DNA from: an uncultured virus (IMG/VR IMGVR_UViG_3300021399_000124)
Lineage: Duplodnaviria; Heunggongvirae; Uroviricota; Caudoviricetes
DNA: 64,000 nt
IMG/VR virus record: IMGVR_UViG_3300021399_000124
Reading direction: 5' to 3' (one strand)
In this document: in pieces, positions 28,725-37,950 of the stretch
Numbering within the stretch: the first letter of the stretch is position 1
How the letters are laid out: each line of letters starts with the position of its first letter
The notes under the pieces: model-generated
Database searches by the model: none
Told to the model about the DNA's origin: nothing
The model's input: only the letters and a program-made list of their open reading frames with translations
Translations under genes and position numbers: made by a program

Positions 28725-28794
28725 TTTAAAGAGAACAATTCTTTCGAAAAATTTAGTATAATAGGTATATCAAATTGAGAAGGGAGAATGAATT

Positions 28795-29049
28795 ATGGCT
28801 TGCTATTATAAAAGAAGAACAGGCGAATCGCCAGATAATGATATGTGTACACGCCAAATGGCATACGGTGGATGCGTTTCTTGTCTTTATGGTGGTTCGG
28901 TAGAAGTGATAACGCACAGCGATCCTTTGGATGGTTTAGAACAGATGTTTGATCAAGATTCGCCATATGTGTTCTATGATGACAAACACGGTTTCTGTAT
29001 CAATACAGAAGATGCCATCAAACTTTTTAGAGAGTGCTTCTCTAACTAA
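28795..29049 (+). CDS. Hypothetical Cys-containing protein
   Basis: AAGGGAG RBS. Confidence 0.6.
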   Translation: MACYYKRRTGESPDNDMCTRQMAYGGCVSCLYGGSVEVITHSDPLDGLEQMFDQDSPYVFYDDKHGFCINTEDAIKLFRECFSN

Positions 29050-29406
29050 ACAAAAAACAAGATGCGTACAAGAGATTTTCTCCGAAGGAGTTTTGGATGG
29101 ACTACGTAATTATATTTATCATTGGCGTATACATTGGTACAGAAATACAGGCATGGTGGTGTCGAAAAGGTGCTAAAATGTTTGTTGAATGGCAGTTGTT
29201 CAGAAAGGAGTAATCATGAAATTTCTTATTATCACAAAATACGGTTAGTGTCAAATCGAAACAAGTGATTTTGATGATGCTGTAGGACAGACTTATGACA
29301 GCAAATTGTTGGGAAATAGTGCCAGATTAAAACGTGATTTAAATTTGCTACCTTATGACCAAAGAAGGAACAATAAATTATTTATTATAGAAAGGAATTA
29401 AATAAT

Positions 29407-30003
29407 ATGGATGTAGTAAACAATTTTAACAAGATGTTTGGAAAAGTGCAGAATGGAATGTGTAGACTTTCAATGAATGGGGAGATTGCCGTTAAGACAT
29501 CTAGCGGATATAAGACATATAATCCAAAGACAAATCGGCTGACAAATTGCTCCAATTTTGTTTTTGATATTGGAGAGGAATTCTTCTTTGTTGTTCCTAC
29601 AAATCATGTTAAAAATGGAGATATTATTCTGATTGGCGGTAAGCCAAAGTGTGTCATTAATAAAGACACAGAGACAATCACCGTAATTAATTACGAAGAT
29701 GCAACAGTAGAAACCATTCTTCCGGAACGCCATGTATTTCTCGGATCTACATATTTTTATGGTAAGATTGTGAGCATGTTTGGACGCAATATTTTTGGAG
29801 ACAAGAAGGGTACAAATAAAATGCTGACCTACATGATGATGTCTGAAATGATGAAGGGTGGTAATAATGGCGGCAGCAGCATGAATATGGTTCTTCCAAT
29901 GATGATGATGTCCGGCGGTAATATGAATGGTCTTTTCGATGGAATGTTTGAGTTTGACGAAGACGCTGAAGATATTGAAGAAACTGAGAACACGGAGGAA
30001 TAA
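29407..30003 (+). CDS. Hypothetical protein with Met/Gly-rich C-terminus
   Basis: RBS; first gene of the vWA/PurA-like triad. Confidence 0.75.
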   Translation: MDVVNNFNKMFGKVQNGMCRLSMNGEIAVKTSSGYKTYNPKTNRLTNCSNFVFDIGEEFFFVVPTNHVKNGDIILIGGKPKCVINKDTETITVINYEDATVETILPERHVFLGSTYFYGKIVSMFGRNIFGDKKGTNKMLTYMMMSEMMKGGNNGGSSMNMVLPMMMMSGGNMNGLFDGMFEFDEDAEDIEETENTEE

Positions 30004-30005
30004 AT

Positions 30006-30860
30006 ATGGGAAGTGGAAGTTGGACAAGTACGTCTTTTGCTGATTATACTACAACTACAAAAGGAGCGACATTAGATTCTTTTGGTGCAATTGATGCATC
30101 ATTGTCAAACCAGGAGTTATTTAAGGCAAGAAGATTAAATGAGGATTTAAATCCGTACAAAGTAATGAGAGAATGCCGAGACAGTGAAGAGCATCCAAAC
30201 ACAATTCCAATCATTCTTGGACTCGATGTAACAGGATCGATGGGACAAGCTGCGGTTGAGGTTGCAAAGAAGCTTAATGTTATTATGACAGAATTATATG
30301 ATGACATTAAAGATATCGAATTTTCAATCATGGGAATTGGAGATTTGTATTGCGACCATGTGCCAATTCAGATTTCACAGTTTGAGTCAGATATCCGCAT
30401 TGCGGAGCATCTTGACAAAGTATACTTCGAGTTTGGCGGTGGCGGTAATAATTTTGAATCATATACTGTGGCGTGGTATATGGGACTTAGGCATTGCGAT
30501 TTAGATTGTTGGAAACGGAACAAAAAAGGAATTATTATCACAATAGGCGACGAGCGTTGTAATCCTTATCTGGAAAAGAAAAAGATTAACGAGTTCGTAG
30601 GGGATACTGTTCAGGCGGATATTGAAACACCAGAACTCTACAAAGAGGTTGTTGAACATTTTGATGTTTATCATATCAATGTTGAACATGGCAGTAATTG
30701 GGATACATTAAATATTATAAAATCTTGGGAGTTTATGGGTGACCATTTCAGAACCTGTAACTTAGATGATATTTCAAATACAATTATAGACATTATTAAA
30801 ACAGCAAGTGTTGAATCAGAAACAAATTATTCAATGTCAAATAATGAAATTTCTTGGTAA
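30006..30860 (+). CDS. vWA-domain protein
   Basis: MIDAS-like DVTGSM; GGGGNNFESY; ITIGDE. Confidence 0.8.
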   Translation: MGSGSWTSTSFADYTTTTKGATLDSFGAIDASLSNQELFKARRLNEDLNPYKVMRECRDSEEHPNTIPIILGLDVTGSMGQAAVEVAKKLNVIMTELYDDIKDIEFSIMGIGDLYCDHVPIQISQFESDIRIAEHLDKVYFEFGGGGNNFESYTVAWYMGLRHCDLDCWKRNKKGIIITIGDERCNPYLEKKKINEFVGDTVQADIETPELYKEVVEHFDVYHINVEHGSNWDTLNIIKSWEFMGDHFRTCNLDDISNTIIDIIKTASVESETNYSMSNNEISW

Positions 30861-30874
30861 TGAGGGATTAAATA

Positions 30875-32089
30875 TTGTGTCATAACATTAAAGTGATTGT
30901 TGGTGCTAATTATGGAGATGAAGGAAAAGGTCTTGCTACTCATTATTTTTCCCGTTCCAAAGATTCCTGTTTAAATATTTTATACAACGGTGGTGGTCAG
31001 CGTGGCCACACCGTTGACTTTAAAGATGGAACAAAACATGTATTTCATCACTTTGGTTCCGGAACATTTGATGGGGCGAGTACTTTATTTCATGGAGATT
31101 TTATCTTAAATCCTATGGTGTTTTGCCAGGAGTGGAATGAGTTACCGAATCAGATAATTAACAATATAGTTATTTTTGGCGATTTGAGATGTAAATTTGT
31201 TACTCCATATGACATGATGATTAATCAGATTGTAGAGTTGAGCCGTGGGGCTACTCGTCATGGTAGTTGTGGGCATGGCATTTGGGAAACATTTTGTAGA
31301 TATAATAATAACAGAATGGCTTTCTCCATAGCAGATGCTATACATTTAAATAAAAATGAATTTATGAAATATATGTCAGAAATCGCCTTAACGTATGCAC
31401 CATCTAGATTAAAAAATGATTATGGAATTACTACAATTCCGACAGAGTACGAAACTCTTCTGCATGCATACGATTTAGCGGAAAAATATTATGAAGATTT
31501 CCGTTTTATGATTGATAATGTTGTTTGGCTTAATAAAAACGAAATAAAAAGTCTTTATAAAAACTACGATCAGATTATTTTTGAGGGCGGGCAAGGTTTG
31601 GCTCTAGATAAAGATAATATTGCCGAATATCCTCATGTAACTGCTAGTAATACAGGATCATATATCCCAATAAAAGATATTGTAGAATCTGAATTTGATT
31701 TAAATAAAATTGATATCGAAATCGTATATGTGAGCAGGACATATTTTACCAGGCACGGAGAAGGGCTTCTTCCCAGTGAATGTAGAAAAGAGGACATTTC
31801 TTCGCTTATTGAAATTGATATGACAAATCAACAAAATGAGTGGCAAGGATTTATTCGCTATGCTCCGTTTAGTGATAAACAGGTGGCGGAGCGTATAGGA
31901 AAAGATTTAAATTCAGTTAATGAATTAATAAGTACAAATAATTTGCATAAATCTTTATTCTTAACTCATTGTAATGAGTTGCCAAAAAATGGAATAAAAA
32001 TTGGTGAAATTCAAAAATATGTTGATTCCATATATTGTTCAAGTGACAAGAATGCGGAAATTGTTGTGAAGGAAAAGAAATATGACTAA
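30875..32089 (+). CDS. Adenylosuccinate-synthetase-like (PurA-family) protein
   Basis: GANYGDEGKG, GGGQRGHT, HGSCGHG, FEGGQG, TRHG motifs. Confidence 0.8.
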   Translation: MCHNIKVIVGANYGDEGKGLATHYFSRSKDSCLNILYNGGGQRGHTVDFKDGTKHVFHHFGSGTFDGASTLFHGDFILNPMVFCQEWNELPNQIINNIVIFGDLRCKFVTPYDMMINQIVELSRGATRHGSCGHGIWETFCRYNNNRMAFSIADAIHLNKNEFMKYMSEIALTYAPSRLKNDYGITTIPTEYETLLHAYDLAEKYYEDFRFMIDNVVWLNKNEIKSLYKNYDQIIFEGGQGLALDKDNIAEYPHVTASNTGSYIPIKDIVESEFDLNKIDIEIVYVSRTYFTRHGEGLLPSECRKEDISSLIEIDMTNQQNEWQGFIRYAPFSDKQVAERIGKDLNSVNELISTNNLHKSLFLTHCNELPKNGIKIGEIQKYVDSIYCSSDKNAEIVVKEKKYD

Positions 32090-32543
32090 AAAAGTAAAAT
32101 ATAAAAAGTTTTGGAAAGAGCATGAGTGCGAGTATTGTTTATATTACAAAGGAATCAAAAAAGGTTGTTCACTGGAAGAAGAAAACTGTATCTTAGACGA
32201 GGAGGATCTCGCCGACATTAAGAAATATAAGAACATTAAGTATGTCGCAGCGGATTTCATTGGTTGCCTTCAGCCGAACTCTACTGAAATGGAATATAGA
32301 AAGATGATGGGGATAAGATAGAAATTGAATAGTGTAGATAAACTTTATGAGATAATAGCAGACTACAAGCCGAGATCCAGTGATAATCCGAGATATTATG
32401 TTAAGGCGGCGACACAAGACCAAGCGAAGAAAATATTTTCCAGTAAAACTTCAAATCTTCATATTTATGGATGTAAAAGAATTAAAGATAAAGAATCTGT
32501 TGCAAATATTCTGGAGAATCCGGAACGCTACATAATTTTCTAA
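32082..32543 (+). CDS. Two small hypothetical ORFs (32082-32321, 32325-32543)
   Basis: ORF track; co-oriented and adjacent. Confidence 0.55.
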
Positions 32544-32562
32544 TGAGATAATAAACAAACAC

Positions 32563-32591
32563 TTGACAAGAGAAAAATAGTATGCTAAAAT
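32563..32591 (+). promoter_or_regulatory. sigmaA-type promoter (extended -10) of the MazF-like gene
   Basis: TTGACA-17-TAAAAT with TG. Confidence 0.7.
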
Positions 32592-32642
32592 CATAGTACA
32601 CTGAAAGGTGGTTAGGACACATAAAGAAGGGAGGGCGCATTA

Positions 32643-32993
32643 ATGATTGAGGTCAAGCGTGGAAACATTGTAATTGCAGATCTGGATGGAGCAACTGGCA
32701 GTGAACAGGGCAAGATGCGTCCTGTCGTTGTAATCCAAAATGACACCGGAAATAAACATAGTCCGACCACGATAATTGTTCCTTTAACTTCTAAAAAGAA
32801 AAAGAAGGGAATGAAAACTCATGTGTTGATTGAGAAGACGGCGGAAAATGGATTGTCTGAAGATTCCATTGCACTATGCGAACAGGTTCGGACGATTGAT
32901 AAAAAGAGAATAAAAATGAGTATTGGTCAAATCAATGACTATATTACAATGCAAAACATCTACAAAGGTTATATTGCAAACTTTGTAGGTTAA
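32643..32993 (+). CDS. PemK/MazF-family endoribonuclease
   Basis: KRGNIVIADL, GSEQGKMRPVVVIQND.GN, EQVRTIDKKR. Confidence 0.9.
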   Translation: MIEVKRGNIVIADLDGATGSEQGKMRPVVVIQNDTGNKHSPTTIIVPLTSKKKKKGMKTHVLIEKTAENGLSEDSIALCEQVRTIDKKRIKMSIGQINDYITMQNIYKGYIANFVG

Positions 32994-33024
32994 AACAAAG
33001 GCTAAAGCGTAGCCTGAAATCGAC

Positions 33025-33054
33025 TTGACAAGAACATATGTTCGGTAGTATAAT
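33025..33054 (+). promoter_or_regulatory. sigmaA promoter with a Gram-positive LexA (SOS) box in the spacer
   Basis: TTGACA-AGAACATATGTTCG-GTAG-TATAAT; the box fits GAAC-N4-GTTC. Confidence 0.75.
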
Positions 33055-33282
33055 CAAGTTGCTCAAACAAAAAGAGACGCCCCTCAAGCGGTGCTGCAAC
33101 ACCTTGGGGCGTCCCGTAGGATGCCGAGTATGAGAAAACCCAGCTATATTATTCATATCATAATTCCTATTCTGATGTCAATAATTATAGCTATTCTTTC
33201 TTATAATCTCCTAGATAAAATGCTCTTACTGCTGTGGGCAAAACAGCGGCGGAAACGGCACTGCCGATATAGTGCTAACCAA

Positions 33283-33354
33283 TGCCCGTTAGCCAAACGG
33301 AAAGGCACGTGGTTTTGATCCACGGATATACTGGTTCGATTCCAGTACGGGCAG
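33283..33354 (+). tRNA. tRNA-Gln (TTG), CCA not encoded
   Basis: Acceptor TGCCCGT/ACGGGCA; anticodon arm CGTGG-TTTTGAT-CCACG; T-arm ACTGG-TTCGATT-CCAGT. Confidence 0.9.
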
Positions 33355-33388
33355 CTTACCTATTAATAATGTTTTTAAGAAGGAGACA

Positions 33389-33904
33389 TTGCTTATGAAG
33401 ACATCAAGTAATTATGGAAACAAGCAGAATAATCTTGAGCTTTCCCCGCCGTGGGATGAATTCTTTTGCCAGGTTGATGCTCTTTTTGGAAAAGATTCTG
33501 ATGTTGATGTTGCGTTGGACGAGGATAATAAGGAAATTACTCTTCTTGTGGATAATACTGAAAAAGCCGAAGCGCTTATGTGTATCATGCCAACAACAAA
33601 AGAATTTGGCAATATCACTGTCCACATCCGTGTAATTCCGGCTAATGTAAATGCAGATAATTATCTCGCAGATTGCTTTGAAAAGGCATTTAGAGGCAAT
33701 GAAGCTTTCTCACATGTCAGGACAATTGAGGGAGACTTCGTGCCGACTCCAATTAATTTCTGTTCTTTCAAAAAGGAAGTTGTCCAGTATCCAAACGATA
33801 ATCCTTTTGATGAGAATGGAGTTCGGTCAACACTTTACCAGGAATTAGCAAAAGAAATCTTCGGAGATATTCGTGGCATTTTCTTTTGCACGGATAAAGA
33901 GTAA
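33389..33904 (+). CDS. Hypothetical phage protein
   Basis: LSPPW...FKKEVVQY..D...STLYQELAKEIF; RBS. Confidence 0.75.
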   Translation: MLMKTSSNYGNKQNNLELSPPWDEFFCQVDALFGKDSDVDVALDEDNKEITLLVDNTEKAEALMCIMPTTKEFGNITVHIRVIPANVNADNYLADCFEKAFRGNEAFSHVRTIEGDFVPTPINFCSFKKEVVQYPNDNPFDENGVRSTLYQELAKEIFGDIRGIFFCTDKE

Positions 33905-33916
33905 GGAGAGATTGTT

Positions 33917-35025
33917 ATGAGGGATGAGGCAACTTATATGGTCAATCGACAAAATAATGTCTGTACGGCAATCATTAAGGAATGTACGCTCGATGCGTTG
34001 AAAGAATTTTATAAGCAGACACAGTTCGCCGTGGCGATTGGCAAACAGTATCTGTTTTTAATGGATGATTCTTTTGTTGGGGTTGCAAAATGCAGTCCAG
34101 ATGATGAGTTTGACGAAAGAGTAGGTAAGAATATCGCTTTCCAGAGAGCTTATGAAAAATATCTGAAGCAGAAGAGAAGAGTTATGCTCGACATTGCTAA
34201 CTATGTGGAGAAGCGGGCGGACATTACGAGAAATTATTTAAAAGAAAATAAGCGATACAAGAATCTGTAAAGTGAGAGAGGTTAATAAGCATGGGAATAT
34301 ATAGGGATAAGATAACTTGTATGCAGGACATGGATGACATGGATGAATTGATTTGGAACAATGCTTGTCGATTCAATATTAATGAGTTCTGTCATTCCGG
34401 CAGATTTACATCAGAAGCACTTCAGGAATTTATTGATTTAGCTAAGGAAGGGTTTAAACATCGTGAAGAAAAGCAAGTATAAGAATACAGATAATCCTAA
34501 TAGAGCAAAGGATACGGAGTTTTCAATGTTCAGGTCTGTGATGGCGAAACTTGAGTACGAACTGGCGCAGCGTGAGAAGAATAAGAAAGCAAAAAAGGAG
34601 CAGAAAAACTTTGCTCCGAAAAGACACAAGAGAGACGATGACCATACTGAAGATTTGAAAGGGGCGAGGTAATGGCAGATTTTAAGACTAATTATAATTT
34701 GGAGGAGTGGTATGAGTATATTCGAGATAGAGTCTTTTTAGTGAGGCTCTATCGAAGAACTGGAGATTGGACACCTTATGAGATTGAAGCAAAAGATCCG
34801 AAACAGAGTCTGTTTGAAGCGGGTGACCAGAGTTTTCATTATTGTAGAATTGAGAACTTTGTAGAACTCCCGGATGGCGATGTACTTTTAGGTATTAGAT
34901 ATCTTAATCCAGAAACATTGGAAGAAGATACATTTGTAGATTATAGAAAACTGACAGATGTCTCTCTAATAATGCCAGATGAGGTTGATGGGAAGAAAAA
35001 CAAAGAAGAGGAAGCAAAAGAATGA
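33917..35025 (+). CDS. Four hypothetical ORFs (33917-34270, 34291-34482, 34463-34672, 34672-35025)
   Basis: ORF track; RBSs and overlaps; the first has a GVAKCSPDDEFDERVGKNIA motif. Confidence 0.65.
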
Positions 35026-36128
35026 TTTACCTAGACAACGCTGCAACAACACGCACAGCTCCAGAAGTGGTTAGGGCAATGATGCCATATCTAACTGACT
35101 TTTATGGTAATCCATCTGCTAGTTATGATTTTGGAAACCGAGCATGGCAAGCAGTGCAGGAAGCAAGAGAGATTGTAGCTGAATTTATTAACGCCGATCC
35201 GAGCGAGATTATCTTCACATCTGGCGGAACAGAAGCGGATAATATGGCGATCAAGAGTAAGATGAACAGTAAATTTGGTTATGTAAGAACATCAACGATT
35301 GAACATAAAGCGATATTAAATTCGATGAGTTGCGTAAATGCGATGCCGCCACTTTTAGTTGACAAAAATGGCATAGTAAAACTTTCTGGATATGCATTGC
35401 CGGGCATGAATGGTATGACATCTATTATGTATGCCAATAATGAAATCGGCACAATTCAACCAGTTAAAAGAATTGCATATTTGTGTCATCAAATGGGGTC
35501 AATATTTCACACAGATGCTGTTCAGGTGTTTGGGCATATACCAATTAATGTCAAAGAACTTGGTATTGATATGATGTCTGCAAGTGGTCATAAGATGGGC
35601 GCGCCAAAAGGAATTGGTTTTCTATATGTGTCTAAGGGAATAAGTATTCCACCATTTATTCACGGCGGTGGACAAGAAAACTTCATGAGATCTGGAACTG
35701 AAAATGTTCCGGCTATTGTTGGTCTTGGTCGAGCCGTAGAGATTGCCAAACAAAAGATGAACGACAGATTCTACAAAACAAAAGAACTTCGAGATAATTT
35801 TGAGAAGATGATTCTTGAGATTGGTGATGTGAAAATCAATGGATATAATGCCAATCGACTTCCTGGACATTCCAACATCACATTCTACGGCATTCGTGCT
35901 GAGGAGATGCTCGAATATCTTAATATGTATGGTATCTGCGCATCATCTGGCAGTGCTTGCAATACCGGTGATGAGAAACCTTCTCATGTGTTAAAGGCAA
36001 TTGGCTTGACTGATGCCGAGGCAAATGCCACACTTCGATTCACTTTAAACCATGAAAATACGATTGAGGAATTGAAGTTCACGGTGGATAAAATCAAAGA
36101 GTTTTTAGCTATAAAACGTCTGAGATAA
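35022..36128 (+). CDS. iscS: Cysteine desulfurase (IscS/NifS family)
   Basis: YLDNAATT, YGNPS, FTSGGTEADN, SGHKMGAPKG (PLP Lys), SSGSAC (catalytic Cys). Confidence 0.9.
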   Translation: MIYLDNAATTRTAPEVVRAMMPYLTDFYGNPSASYDFGNRAWQAVQEAREIVAEFINADPSEIIFTSGGTEADNMAIKSKMNSKFGYVRTSTIEHKAILNSMSCVNAMPPLLVDKNGIVKLSGYALPGMNGMTSIMYANNEIGTIQPVKRIAYLCHQMGSIFHTDAVQVFGHIPINVKELGIDMMSASGHKMGAPKGIGFLYVSKGISIPPFIHGGGQENFMRSGTENVPAIVGLGRAVEIAKQKMNDRFYKTKELRDNFEKMILEIGDVKINGYNANRLPGHSNITFYGIRAEEMLEYLNMYGICASSGSACNTGDEKPSHVLKAIGLTDAEANATLRFTLNHENTIEELKFTVDKIKEFLAIKRLR

Positions 36129-36216
36129 CCAGTGTTTTTAGAGTATTTTTAAATTTACATTGTAGTAATGAAAAAACGTATTCTACGTATGATTCCTTAA
36201 AAGGAGAAGTTTAACT

Positions 36217-36438
36217 ATGAGTATTGATTTACACGTATTTACAAGTGGTTATGCGCTGTCCTTTAAGATTGAAAATGTCTTATTTTATGTAGATGAGGAC
36301 GGCGATTTAACAAGTAATGTCAATAAAGCAGCAAGACTGGACGAATCAAAAGCGAAAGTTCTTGCAAGAATGTATCAACGTGAAGGTATTGATATTAATC
36401 CTGTTTTGATTGAAACAGTAAAAACGGTTACTATTTAA
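36217..36438 (+). CDS. Hypothetical protein
   Basis: AAAGGAG RBS. Confidence 0.6.
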   Translation: MSIDLHVFTSGYALSFKIENVLFYVDEDGDLTSNVNKAARLDESKAKVLARMYQREGIDINPVLIETVKTVTI

Positions 36439-36470
36439 TTTTATATATATTATTTTAAGGAGAAATGTGT

Positions 36471-37418
36471 ATGGCTTTTGTAGTTAAGAAAGCAAAACGA
36501 GAGAAGATTTATCCGAAGATTGCACTGATTGCCCCCAGTGGCGGCGGCAAAACGTATTCTGCCCTCAGACTTGCAACAGGCATGGCAGAAGAAATTAAGA
36601 AAACAACAGGCAAAGATGCTAAAATCCTCATGCTCAACACCGAGGCTGCCCGTGGCAGATATTATGCAAACGAATTTGAGTATGACATCGTTGATCTCGA
36701 AGCACCGTTTGAACCAGAGTTATTTGTAGACGCAATTGATTTTGCAGTATCAGAAGGATACGACATCCTTATTATCGATTCTACGTCTCCTGAGTGGGAT
36801 GGTAAAGGTGGATGCCTCGAACTTCAGCAGAAGGCTGGTGGAACATATCAAGCATGGCAGCGTGTCACTCCTCGCCACGAAAGATTTATCGGTGCAATGT
36901 CTACTTCGCCCATCGCTCTTATTGCTACTATGCGTGGCAAAGACCAGTACGAAGTAGAAAAGGATGAGCGTGGAAAGACAAGCGTTAAGAAGATTGGCGC
37001 AGGAGCAAAGCAGAGAGACGGCTTCGAGTATGAGTTCACTTGCACATTCATGATTGACCAGAAGACATCAACGGCAGAGGTTCAGAAAGATAATACTCAT
37101 ATTTTTGAAAAAGATCCACCTCAGAAGCTGACAGAAGCTCATGGTCGCAAGATTATGCAGTGGGCGAACACATCTGGTGATGAACCAGCCGAGACTGCAA
37201 AGTTCGGACAGGTCGTTGCAGAAACAACTGGTGCAGGACTTCCCGACATTAAAAAGGAAATCGTCCAGCTTTGTAAAGACCTCGGTGGCACAAAGAACAA
37301 AGACATGATGGCAGAGATTAAGAAGTATGTTCCTTCTGGTAATCCGAATGGACTCAAGGATGAGAAGGAAGCAATGGAACTGTTGAAGACACTTAAAACA
37401 ATGAAACCCGTTGAATAA
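36471..37418 (+). CDS. AAA_24/Sak4-like ssDNA-annealing ATPase
   Basis: APSGGGKTYSAL Walker A; IIDS; QRDGFEYEF; followed by ssb. Confidence 0.8.
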   Translation: MAFVVKKAKREKIYPKIALIAPSGGGKTYSALRLATGMAEEIKKTTGKDAKILMLNTEAARGRYYANEFEYDIVDLEAPFEPELFVDAIDFAVSEGYDILIIDSTSPEWDGKGGCLELQQKAGGTYQAWQRVTPRHERFIGAMSTSPIALIATMRGKDQYEVEKDERGKTSVKKIGAGAKQRDGFEYEFTCTFMIDQKTSTAEVQKDNTHIFEKDPPQKLTEAHGRKIMQWANTSGDEPAETAKFGQVVAETTGAGLPDIKKEIVQLCKDLGGTKNKDMMAEIKKYVPSGNPNGLKDEKEAMELLKTLKTMKPVE

Positions 37419-37433
37419 AAGGAGTTTAAAATT

Positions 37434-37850
37434 ATGAACGTTGTAATTATCAAAGGAAGATTAACCAGAGATCCTGATGTAAGAGAAACACAGGGTAGCA
37501 ATCCGCTGAAGGTAGCGAGATTTAGCGTAGCAGTCAACAGAAGATTCAAGCGTGAAGGTGAGCCTGATGCAGACTTCTTTAACGTAGTCGCTTTTGGCAA
37601 GTCTGCCGAGACGATTGAGAACTATATGCACAAAGGCAATGAGATTGCAGTCCGGGGACATCTCCAGACTGGCAGTTATCAGAATAAAGAAGGACAGACA
37701 GTCCGCACTACAGATATTGTACTTGAAGAATTTGATTTCTGTGGTGGTAAGAATGACAATGGTAGCACAGGCACAAAGAAGACTTCTTTTGGTGGCAATC
37801 CCTTCCAGAGAGTTGACGATGTGAATGACGAAGAACTGCCGTTTAATTAA
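37434..37850 (+). CDS. ssb: Single-stranded DNA-binding protein
   Basis: GRLTRDP, ADFF, acidic tail EELPFN. Confidence 0.95.
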   Translation: MNVVIIKGRLTRDPDVRETQGSNPLKVARFSVAVNRRFKREGEPDADFFNVVAFGKSAETIENYMHKGNEIAVRGHLQTGSYQNKEGQTVRTTDIVLEEFDFCGGKNDNGSTGTKKTSFGGNPFQRVDDVNDEELPFN

Positions 37851-37897
37851 AAAATAGGAACTTGTAAACTAGCATTTTATCAGCCCTCTAACTATAC

Positions 37898-37934
37898 TGC
37901 GGGCGGGGCTTCGGTCTCGTCCGCATTTATTTTC
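37898..37934 (+). terminator. Rho-independent terminator
   Basis: TGCGGGCGGGGC-TTCG-GTCTCGTCCGCA followed by a T-rich tail. Confidence 0.75.
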
Positions 37935-37950
37935 TAAAGGAGAGAATGCC

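Larger units (their letters stand above)
26969..28736 (+). repeat. Array of nine 12-bp direct repeats YTTAAA-GRRRAC separating small cassettes
   Basis: Copies at 26969, 27125, 27363, 27567, 27657, 27958 (CGTAAA variant), 28481, 28590 and 28725. Confidence 0.85.

Noticed and set aside
26969..28736. CRISPR array or classical attC integron
   Set aside because: The repeats are only 12 bp with 90-520 bp gene-containing intervals; there is no cas operon and no RYYYAAC...GTTRRRY attC hairpin.
30875..32089. PurZ / 2-aminoadenine (Z) genome pathway
   Set aside because: The motif is GDEGKG with the PurA-type Asp, not the Ser-containing PurZ motif, and no DatZ/MazZ-like genes are adjacent.
33220..33280. 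c-di-GMP-I riboswitch (GGGCAAA...GAAA)
   Set aside because: Only a superficial match; the P2 stem and the rest of the consensus could not be built.
22350..36128. Dnd phosphorothioation system (DndB-like plus cysteine desulfurase)
   Set aside because: No DndC/D/E or Ssp genes are seen, the two genes are ~11 kb apart, and the DGQHR gene fits a YopQ-like context.
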